From an uncultured Phycisphaeraceae bacterium (lineage in GTDB: Bacteria > Planctomycetota > Phycisphaerae > Phycisphaerales > Phycisphaeraceae): a DNA stretch of 24,000 nucleotides. Positions 14,306 to 23,261 of this stretch are shown here, one piece after another (within the stretch, counting starts at the first letter, position 1; each line of letters starts with the position of its first letter). The position numbers were made by a program, and so were the translations under genes. The stretch spans positions 1,214,001-1,238,000 of the forward strand of contig CAWCXG010000001.1 of NCBI GenBank assembly GCA_963799465.1, given 5' to 3'. The notes beneath the pieces are model-generated. The model was not told the DNA's origin. It was given only the letters and a program-made list of their open reading frames with translations, and did no database searches.

Positions 14306-15070
14306 ATGTCAAGCCGTCCCCTTCATCCTCTGGGTCGCACCGGCCTGAACGTCTCACGCATCGGCTGGGGCACGGTGAAGATCGGCCGAAACCAGGCGGT
14401 GAAATATCCCAACGCCTTCAACCTCCCCGATCAGGCTGCGGTGAACCGCCTCGTCGCCGGACTGATCGACGCTGGCATCCACCTCATCGATACCGCCCCG
14501 GCCTACGGCAGCAGTGAAACCCGCCTCGGCCAGGCCCTCCTGCACACCAGGCAACGCGACCAATTCGTGCTCTGCACCAAGGTCGGCGAGGACTTCATCG
14601 ACGGTATCTCGCACTACGACTTCTCCGCGCAAGCAACCTACGACAGCATCGACCGCAGCCTGCAACGCCTGCAGACCGACGTCCTCGATGTCGTGCACAT
14701 CCACTCCGACGGCAACGACGTGGAGAATCAGCAGGCGGGGTGTGTCGAGGCGTTGCAGCGCTGCCAGGAGCAAGGCAAAGTGCGCGCGATCGGCTTATCC
14801 GGCAAGACGGCTGCGGGATTTGAGCTGGCTGCCCAGTGGGCCGACTCGGCGATGGTGGAGTTCAGCGTCTCCCAGCCCCAGCTCGGGCCTTGCATTGAAA
14901 CGCTCGCTGCGGCAGGCGTTGGTGTCATTGTGAAAAAGGCGCTGGGCTCCGGACACCTCGATGCCCGCGAGGCGTTGGGATACGTCTTCGCGCACCCAGG
15001 GGTCACCAGCGCGGTGATTGGATCGCTGAACCTCGACCATTTGCAGGAAAACGTGAATTACGCCTCTTGA
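14306..15070 (+). CDS. aldo/keto reductase family oxidoreductase
   Basis: AKR motifs are present: PLGRTGLNVSRIGWGT, IHLIDTAPAYGSSE and RAIGLSG. I prefer ATG 14306; the ORF can extend to GTG 14255. Confidence 0.8.
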   Translation: MSSRPLHPLGRTGLNVSRIGWGTVKIGRNQAVKYPNAFNLPDQAAVNRLVAGLIDAGIHLIDTAPAYGSSETRLGQALLHTRQRDQFVLCTKVGEDFIDGISHYDFSAQATYDSIDRSLQRLQTDVLDVVHIHSDGNDVENQQAGCVEALQRCQEQGKVRAIGLSGKTAAGFELAAQWADSAMVEFSVSQPQLGPCIETLAAAGVGVIVKKALGSGHLDAREALGYVFAHPGVTSAVIGSLNLDHLQENVNYAS

Positions 15071-15104
15071 TGCAATATGTCGGACACACGAAACCAACGT
15101 CAAA

Positions 15105-15137
15105 TTGACTGGCCCGGGGTCGGTTGGTCGATATAAT
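15105..15137 (+). promoter_or_regulatory. promoter-like hexamers TTGACT ... TATAAT (non-canonical 21-nt spacer)
   Basis: Consensus-grade TTGACT (15105-15110) and TATAAT (15132-15137) stand out in a GC-rich genome. The 21-nt spacing is too long for a standard sigma70 promoter, so this call is tentative. Confidence 0.25.
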
Positions 15138-15143
15138 TCATGC

Positions 15144-15379
15144 TGACAATTCGATACGCCGCTCGCGTGGTAAGGCGGGATTCAGGGCAAATGCTCTCGA
15201 ACCTGTCGATCCCCAAGGGAGCAGGTATTCGGGCACGACGGTCAAGCCACCTCCGAGTGGAAGGCCTGGATGACCCGGCGACGCGCCCACCTCGAATTGG
15301 GGTTCGGGACATCGCTCTGCCGCTTTACCTGTGAGCGACTTCACCAGCCCGCGGCTTCAACGCTGCGGGCTGTTTTTTT
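15144..15379 (+). ncRNA. candidate structured RNA: sRNA or terminator-type 5' leader of cysE (family unassigned)
   Basis: The region is bounded by the promoter-like hexamers and a strong intrinsic terminator. Nested helices visible by eye are 15160-15164/15333-15337, 15169-15178/15320-15329 (10 bp), 15192-15198/15217-15223, 15231-15237/15282-15288, 15240-15244/15271-15275 and 15247-15250/15257-15260. In addition, loop sequence CCCCAA (15211-15216) is complementary to TTGGGG (15297-15302). Confidence 0.4.
15346..15379 (+). terminator. rho-independent terminator
   Basis: A 10-bp stem AGCCCGCGGC / GCTGCGGGCT (one G-U pair) has loop TTCAAC and is followed by G plus seven T (15373-15379). It lies 72 nt upstream of the cysE ATG. 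Confidence 0.75.
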
Positions 15380-15450
15380 ACCACACGCCCACCCGCGTGA
15401 TTTGTCCCCCCGCGTCACTCATCCACCCGCCACGCCGTACACTTGCCCCC

Positions 15451-16419
<969 letters not shown>

Positions 16420-17150
16420 AATAAATGTGTAAACCTACTGAACAACAATCCGTGAATTGCAATTTCACATGCCAAAACTCCAGCGATACGACCTTTGAAA
16501 AACTCGTCTACCTGGAACAAAGTATTCACCAAAATATTATTTTTGCCGACACAAAAGCGGGCATCCTCGCCGCGTTCAACGGCGTCATCATCGGCTTTAT
16601 TGTTCACAGCCTGAGGCCTGACATCGTGATGCTGATTTCACAGCCTTACAACCCTCCTAGCCCACTTTGGCATCAACCTCGCGAAGCCATCAGCACGTTA
16701 GCATTAGTTACTGTCTCCGCTATTTTCGGTTGTGCATTGCTCAGCGCGCTCGCAGTAGTCTGGCCACGCGGCGGAAGCGAACTGGGGCAGGCTTGGCCCG
16801 ACCGAATTTGGCGTGAATCGCGCAAAACCGACGTAGACAATAATTCCTCCCAAACCGGTACTGGCATCGCCGAATCTACACATGGCGAAGCTTGTACTAA
16901 CGTCATGGATTTCAATGCTATCGCGACGGTGGAGCTCAATAAGTTCCAGGCCGCATTTGAGAAAGCCTCCGGGGCTGAATTCGCAAAAAATAAAATACAC
17001 CAAGGCTTGAGCGAGGTCATCTACGACCGGTCCAAAATTAATTCTTACAAATATCTATGGGTGCGACGAGCTATTCGTCTTCTCAGCAATTGGCGTGGTC
17101 ATTTATATGTTCTGGTTTGTGGCTTTTCATCTCCTGACGCGACTATAGAT
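16420..17150 (+). other. low-GC single-gene island inserted between cysE and hisF
   Basis: Composition drops abruptly right after the cysE stop (24 of 60 G+C at 16441-16500). It returns to GC-rich near 17150-17160. No integrase, tRNA attachment site or flanking repeats are seen. Confidence 0.65.
16425..17148 (+). CDS. Pycsar-effector-like (PycTM/DUF5706-like) membrane protein, apparently frameshifted near 17076-17083
   Basis: The N-terminal helix carries [23 protein letters not shown], followed by a second TM helix [27 protein letters not shown], a soluble segment, and [11 protein letters not shown] recall this layout for PycTM/DUF5706 proteins. The expected final TM helix ([23 protein letters not shown]) is encoded in the +1 frame and ends at TAG 17146-17148, exactly at the island edge. 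The annotated frame instead reads through to 17408 into GC-rich DNA and the hisF start. Confidence 0.55.
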
Positions 17151-17262
17151 TGCTCGTCCCTTATCAGTCACACCCCGCCGCTCAAACTTCCGCCCGACAT
17201 CGCCCGCCGCCACCGCTCAGACATAAGTCTGGCCAACGCGCCCTGCGCACCTACGCGAAACG

Positions 17263-17297
17263 CTTCAACACGAGCCACGACCGTGAGGGAGTGCCCG
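17263..17297 (+). repeat. dispersed intergenic repeat, copy A
   Basis: CTTCAACACGAGCCACGACCGTGAGGGAGTGCCCG matches copy B (19461-19497) at about 32 of 36 aligned positions by eye. It lies 115 nt downstream of the island gene stop and 48 nt upstream of the hisF ATG. Confidence 0.6.
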
Positions 17298-17344
17298 AGC
17301 CGGCGGAGCGTCCTAAATCGACAGGCACGTTACGATGCCAGCCC

Positions 17345-18176
<832 letters not shown>

Positions 18177-18180
<4 letters not shown>

Positions 18181-18692
18181 TCGCCTTCGTGCAGCTCGAT
18201 GAGTTGCTTGACGTAGGCCGACTGCGGGTTGGCGTGATTTGCTGCGAGCCATTGCTTGAGCAGGTCGAACGCTTCGTCGGCGAAGACACCTGACACGGTG
18301 TCCGGGACGCCAGCCTCGGGACTGTCCGGGGGTTTGATGCGCTGCATCCCGCCGTCGGCCGGGGCGGACAATCCGTAGACCACGCAGGCGACATTCGCGA
18401 CCATGCACGCCCCGGTACACATCACGCAAGGCTCAAGCGTGGACGCCAGCACCAGATCATCACACGCCAACGGATACTTGCCCGCCGCGAGATGAAAACA
18501 TTCGATTTCCGCGTGGGCGATCTTGTCCCGCGTTCGGCCCATCTGGTTGTACGCCGTCGCCAGCACCGTCCCGTCCCCCCGAGCCAGCGCCGCACCGATC
18601 GGCACCTCGCCGAACTTCATACCCTCCGCCGCGGTGTCCAGGGCCAGTCGCATGAGCGTCTTGTGGAGTTCCGTCGGCTTGGAAGAAGGCAT
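18177..18692 (-). CDS. CDA-fold nucleoside/nucleotide deaminase (TadA / guanine deaminase-like)
   Basis: HAE (IAHAEIE) and PCVMC zinc motifs are present, with TadA-like N-terminal helices ([23 protein letters not shown]). I prefer ATG 18692. Its stop overlaps the hisF stop on the opposite strand (TTAA, 18177-18180). Confidence 0.75.
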
Positions 18693-18746
18693 GACGATAA
18701 TGTAGGCGCTAGATGTAGTCCGGTATGAAGTCAATCGAGGATTGCG

Positions 18747-19394
18747 ATGACAATTGAGCATTTAGAAGCCCTGCGAGGCCGGGGCGATGAGGTTGATCCA
18801 CATGGTTCGGACAATGCCCATTCGGACCAAGACGGAGCCGAGCAACAGGATCAACAGAACGATCTGTATCACTGGCGTCGAAATCAAATCATGATCTCAG
18901 CGGGCGGCGTGGCGACCGCGGTCCTTGCGACCGGCGGCTGCTATTTGGCGGGAATGGTGAGCGGGGCCGAGGCAGCTGGTTTACTTGACGCGGTCAAACC
19001 TTCCACCCGCTTCCTGACGTCTGGGGTCATGACCTCGACCGCGACGATCATGGCCTTGCTGCTGACCTTGCTGAGCGTGAGTCGATCCAGTGACCGCAAA
19101 CTCAGGCCGTTGCATTATCGCCGTATCGATCAGACCGCTTTGCTGTGCGCCGTCACGCTCATCGCGTCCATCCTGCTGCTAGGCCTGCATAGTGTGCCGG
19201 TCCGCCAAGCTGACGAGATCCCGGGCTGGCTTTACCCCGCAGCGTACTACCTGCTGATCGGGGCGTCTGGGGTGGTAATCGGATTGATGGTGGCCATCGT
19301 GCTGCAGTTGTATTTCACCTTGCGCGATATGGTGGCCGTATTTTGGCCAGAGAAGTCCTCAGTGGTCGCGTTGGATCCATCCGAGTCCGATTGA
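18747..19394 (+). CDS. hypothetical integral membrane protein (about 4 TM helices)
   Basis: An acidic, His/Gln-rich N-terminus is followed by hydrophobic segments (ISAGGVATAVLATGGCYLAGMV, TSTATIMALLLTLLSV, ALLCAVTLIASILLLGL, YYLLIGASGVVIGLMVAIVLQLYF). No family is recognised. An alternative start is ATG 18891. Confidence 0.6.
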   Translation: MTIEHLEALRGRGDEVDPHGSDNAHSDQDGAEQQDQQNDLYHWRRNQIMISAGGVATAVLATGGCYLAGMVSGAEAAGLLDAVKPSTRFLTSGVMTSTATIMALLLTLLSVSRSSDRKLRPLHYRRIDQTALLCAVTLIASILLLGLHSVPVRQADEIPGWLYPAAYYLLIGASGVVIGLMVAIVLQLYFTLRDMVAVFWPEKSSVVALDPSESD

Positions 19395-19460
19395 CGCAAC
19401 GTGTTGAAGGACCAGTTGCAAAGCACTTCGTATAGCTACCACCCACCTTGACATCGGCAC

Positions 19461-19497
19461 CTTCAACACGAGCCGCGACCGTAAGGGAGCGTCCCGG
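19461..19497 (+). repeat. dispersed intergenic repeat, copy B
   Basis: The sequence is CTTCAACACGAGCCGCGACCGTAAGGGAGCGTCCCGG. It lies 67 nt downstream of the membrane-protein stop, in the convergent gap before the lpdA stop. Locally it can pair GCGACC (19475-19480) with GGTCGC (19497-19502), and CTTCAACACG (19461-19470) with CGTGTTGGAG (19542-19551). Confidence 0.6.
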
Positions 19498-19580
19498 GTC
19501 GCTGGATGTCTTGAAGAAGATGCTTCCTCACGGGCGCGGGGCGTGTTGGAGTGTGTGGCAGGGGTGGGTTGTGATTTTTT

Positions 19581-20979
19581 TTAGATATGCAGCGCTCGGC
19601 CGGCAACGTTCAACGCGGCTTCTTTCACCGCTTCCGCCAGCGTGGGGTGGGCGTGGCAGGTGCGGGCGATGTCCTCTGCGGAGGCACCAAACGCCATGGC
19701 GGTCGCACATTCGGCGATGAGGTCGCCGGCATGCGGGCCGATGATGTGGACTCCCAGGATGCGGTCGGTATGGGCGTCGGCGAGAATCTTCACCCGGCCG
19801 TCGGTGGCGTTCATCGCCCGGGCTCTGCCGTTGGCCAGGAAGGGGAACACGCCTTTCTTGAAGGTCACGCCTTTCTCGTTGAGATATTCTTCACTCGCGC
19901 CGACGGTGGCGATTTCGGGGTCGGTATACACGATGCCGGGGATGACGTCGTAGTCGATGTGACCGTGGCCGGTGGCGATGATTTCCGCGACCGCCACGCC
20001 TTCCTCTTCAGCTTTGTGGGCGAGCATCGGGCCGGGCACGACGTCACCGATGGCGTACACGCCTTGCGCGGATGTTCTTGAAGTGCTTGTCAATTTTGAC
20101 GCGCCCGCGCTCGTCCATCTCCACGCCTGCTTTCTCCAGGCCCAGCCCCTGTGTGTTGGGCTTGCGTCCCACCGCCACGAGCACGCGGTCCGCCAGCACG
20201 GGATCGCCGTCGGCAACGAGGACTTTCACGCCTTTTTTGGTGGTTTCCACGCCGGTCACTTTCGTCCCCAGGCGGAAGTCCAGGCCTTGCTTGCGAAAGA
20301 TTTTCTCTGCTTCGTCCGCGACTTCACGGTCCATGCCGGGCAACACGCGGTCGAGATACTCGAGCACGATGACCTTGCTGCCCAGGCGGTTCCAGACACT
20401 GCCCAGCTCGATGCCGATGTAGCCCGCGCCGATGACGACCAGGGTTTCGGGGACCGTGTCGTAGGCGATGGCGTCGGTGGAGGTGTCGATGCGATCCTGG
20501 CTCAGGTCCACGCCGGGCAGCGAGGTGGGCACTGAGCCGGTGGCGATGAGGATGTGATCAGCGGTGAGGGTCTGATCGCCGACGGCGACGGTGTGGGCGT
20601 CGGTGAAGGCAGCGGTGCCGTGATAGACGGTGACCTTATTTTTCTTCATCAGCGACGCGACGCCGCCGGTGAGGGTCTGTACGACCTTGGTCTTTCGCTT
20701 CATCATGGCGGACAGGTCGAGTTCGACGTTCTGGGCGACCACGCCGTGGCTGGCGGAGGTTTCACGGACCTCGTGGTAGAGGTGAGACGATTCGAGCAGG
20801 GCTTTGGAGGGGATGCAGCCGACCCGCAGGCAGGTGCCGCCCAAGGCTTTTTCCTTATCCACGATGGCGGTGTTTAATCCGAGTTGCGCTCCGCGGATGG
20901 CAGCCACGTAGCCGCCGGGGCCTGCTCCGAGGATCAACAGGTCGTGATGGGCCGAGGACGATGGGGGTTTAGAAGCCAT
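19581..20979 (-). pseudogene. lpdA: dihydrolipoyl dehydrogenase (E3), interrupted by a 1-nt frameshift at ~20075 (or sequencing error)
   Basis: The N-terminal ORF (20979..20044) has the FAD motif DLLILGAGPGGYVAA and the redox disulfide GGTCLRVGCIPSK, and ends ...[22 protein letters not shown]. The C-terminal ORF (..19581) continues [26 protein letters not shown]...HAHPTLAEA. Removing one A from AAGAACATCC (plus-strand TT at 20075-20076) restores [15 protein letters not shown]. Confidence 0.9.
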
Positions 20980-21020
20980 GAGGCATCAGGATAGCCCAGC
21001 ACAGGGGTGGGCGAGGCTAA

Positions 21021-21051
21021 AGAAAAAGGCCCAAGCCGAGAGGCTTGGGCC
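21021..21051 (-). terminator. rho-independent terminator of the SGNH/PEP-CTERM gene
   Basis: On the minus strand, GGCCCAAGCC-TCTC-GGCTTGGGCC forms a 10-bp perfect stem followed by TTTTTCTTT. It lies 30 nt downstream of the stop at 21081. Confidence 0.8.
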
Positions 21052-21080
21052 TTTGACGTATCGTTCATGTCTCAAGGCAA

Positions 21081-22855
21081 TCAGTCACCGCGGCGACGAC
21101 GTCGGCCCATCAAGCCAGCCAGGCCTAGAAGTCCAAGACCCATCGCAGACGGACTGGGGACTGCGGACGGATCTCCGCCCTCATTGGGGCCTTGTCCGCC
21201 TTGATCATCCACCTCGCCGGGCTCAAGGTCGGGAGGCGTGATCGGCTGACCATTGGGGTTGTCCTCGGGAACGTCGGGATTCAAGACGTCGTCTTCCTCG
21301 GTGATTTCACCGGGTTCTTCGAGTTCTTCTTCCTCGACGACCTCAGGCTGTTCTTCAACCTCAGGCTGCTCTTCGACAACTTCAGGTTCTTCTTCAACCT
21401 CAGGCTGCTCTTCAACAACCTCGGGCTCTTCTTCGACCTCAGGCTGCTCTTCGACAACTTCAGGCTCTTCTTCAACCTCAGGCTGCTCTTCAACAACTTC
21501 AGGTTCTTCTTCAACCTCAGGCTGCTCTTCGACAACTTCAGGCTCTTCTTCAACCTCAGGCTGCTCTTCAACAACCTCAGGTTCTTCTTCAACCTCAGGC
21601 TGCTCTTCAACAACTTCAGGTTCTTCTTCGACCTCAGGCTGCTCTTCGACAACTTCAGGCTCTTCTTCGACCTCAGGCTGCTCTTCGACAACCTCGGTTT
21701 CTTCTTCGACTTCAGGCTGCTCTTCGACGACCTCAGGCTCTTCTTCAACCTCAGGCTGCTCTTCAACAACCTCAGGCTCTTCTTCAACCTCAGGCTCTTC
21801 GACGGTGGGGTCCGAGACATCAATCCCCAGGGCGAGCAGTTCTTCGTAGTAGCGGGCCGCCATGACGCGGTAGCCCAGGTCGCTCAGGTGCAGCGAATCG
21901 CTGAAGAGAGCGTCGTTCAGAGCGTCGGGCTCACCGTCCTTGTCAGAGTCGATGACGAAATCGACGTCGATGTCGTTGTCTTTTTGCAGGTCGCTGCGCT
22001 TGGCATCAGCCAGGGAAAGCAGGTCGCTGTCGATGGCGGTGCTGTCGAGGTCCACGCGGACCAGCATGCCGAGCAGTTCACTTGAGAGGTTGGCATCGGC
22101 GACTGCCGCATCGATCAGCGTGTTGTACGCCTCGGACGCTTCGACGGTGGCCGCGTTGAAACCACTGCGACTGCCGGTGCCGCCGACGGGGATGACGTTG
22201 GAGAGCAGGATTTTGGCATCGGAGGCGATACGTCCTTCATGTCGTGCCTGGTCGAGCGTTTCGAGCAGGCTTCCCAGATCGTCCGCAGCTTCTTTGGGCT
22301 GCGAGGGCCGGGTCCGCAGGCTGTTGGTGCCGACATGCAGGATGACCACATCGGCGGTCTTGCCGCCAAAGACATCCACGTCCTGCGTGCCGTCGCCGTT
22401 GTAATCAAGCTCGGAATGTCGGCTAACGCCCAGAATGGCCTCGGATAAGACGCGGCTGGCCGCGGTTCCGTCAGCCACTGCACCGGACCAGCCGAAGTGG
22501 TCCAGGTCAGGCGTGGAGCCGTTGGCGAGCGTGTAGGCCTGGCCGGCGTTGGGGTTGTAGCCTTTGCCGGGGGTGGCGGAGTAATTTTCCTGGCCCGGGG
22601 ACCACTGCTTCAGGCCGCCGATGAAGTCGTAATTGGTGCCTTGGGTATTGAGGTGATCCTGGAGATAACCGCGGTAACCGAGGTCATAGGTGCTGCGGCC
22701 GCCGTTGGTTGACGATTGCCCCCAGCCGTAGGTCAACGAGTCGCCGAGGGTCAGGATATTGACCGGGTCGGCCAGCGCGAGGGCGCTGCCGCCAGGCACG
22801 CCAGGAGGGCGGCGGTGGACCGTCTGGGGCGGAAGCGGGATACGGAAGGTTTCAT
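21081..22855 (-). CDS. secreted SGNH/GDSL hydrolase with acidic PEVEEEPEVVEEQ repeat linker and PEP-CTERM-like anchor; N-terminal frameshift
   Basis: SGNH block I is ILTLGDSLTYGWG, with later blocks (VVILHVGTNS, DSLHLSDLGY). About 12 copies of a 13-aa acidic repeat follow. The C-terminus VPSPSAMGLGLLGLAGLMGRRRRR is PEP-CTERM-like with PSP in place of PEP. A canonical signal peptide MKPSVSRFRPRRSTAALLACLAAA starts at ATG 22855, but in a different frame from the catalytic domain. The frames would join if one base were added near 22780-22792. The single-frame ORF extends to TTG 22925 without any signal peptide. Confidence 0.8.
21333..21803 (-). repeat. 39-bp in-frame tandem repeat array (11 full units at 21360-21788 plus partial flanking units)
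   Basis: The plus-strand unit is CTCAGGCTGCTCTTCGACAACTTCAGGTTCTTCTTCAAC, encoding PEVEEEPEVVEEQ on the minus strand. Units differ mainly by GAA/GAG, GTT/GTC and CCT/CCC choices. Confidence 0.95.
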
Positions 22856-23105
22856 AGCGTTCAATTTCCCCTCGGGTCCGTTTGTGAGTTGGCCCGTGGC
22901 TTGTGGTTTTGGACACGACCGGCAAGCTGGAAGGCTCGGTCCGTGTGGGGTCGTCTGGGATCGGCGGTTGGCCGTCGACTTATCAGACGCGGTGTATTAC
23001 TTAAATGTACCGCACGAATGGAGCAAATGTCACTAAAAAATCAAGTGTGACGATTGGAGGGGCCGATACTGGTGCGTTTGACTTATTAAGTAGTCGTAAA
23101 CTGGG

Positions 23106-23127
23106 CAATCTGGTCTTATCCAGATTG
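23106..23127. other. 8-bp perfect hairpin in an AT-rich intergenic region
   Basis: The hairpin is CAATCTGG-TCTTAT-CCAGATTG. It lies between the stop of the 23262 gene and the promoter region of the SGNH gene. No U-tract follows on either strand. Confidence 0.25.
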
Positions 23128-23261
23128 ACACCAGCACGTTATCGGACCTGTATGGCCGGCCCTTCGGGGCGTCCCTGAAGCCTGACTGGCTCATTCGAGG
23201 GTCACTGGGCGGTGCCTGTAGTTCACTAAACAAGCCTTAGAAATCCCCCACACGACCGGGT

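Noticed and set aside
15140-15334. A 64-aa ORF filling the space between the TATAAT box and the terminator, plus the overlapping ORF 15270..15458
   Set aside because: The 64-aa product (MLTIRYAARVVRRDSG...) is Arg-rich and non-protein-like, and its ATG lies only 2 nt after the -10-like hexamer. ORF 15270..15458 would have to be translated through the terminator hairpin. It does contain two Cys codons just before the hairpin and ends 5 nt into cysE, so a leader-peptide attenuator is conceivable but unsupported. The region is better explained as structured RNA.
15144-15335. Attempted assignment to known riboswitch classes (cobalamin, c-di-GMP-I, TPP, ZTP, SAM/SAH)
   Set aside because: Only fragments match, such as CAGGGCAAA (as in GEMM-I) and GCCAC...GUGGAAGG (as in the cobalamin core). 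The diagnostic elements (B12 box, ACGCAAAGC, CUGAGA/ACCUGAUCUGGAUAAUGCCAGCG, GGGUCGUGAC...CCGCCUGGGC) are absent, so no class is claimed.
21333-21803. A regular 39-bp repeat array that could be mistaken for a CRISPR array
   Set aside because: The units are directly adjacent with no unique spacers. The array is in-frame inside a long ORF (the PEVEEEPEVVEEQ repeat). No cas genes or leader are present.
23033-23233. A 66-aa minus-strand ORF in the AT-rich gap between the SGNH gene and the 23262 gene
   Set aside because: It has no motif, no convincing start context, and composition atypical of coding DNA in this genome. The region is more likely promoter/terminator DNA containing the 23106-23127 hairpin.
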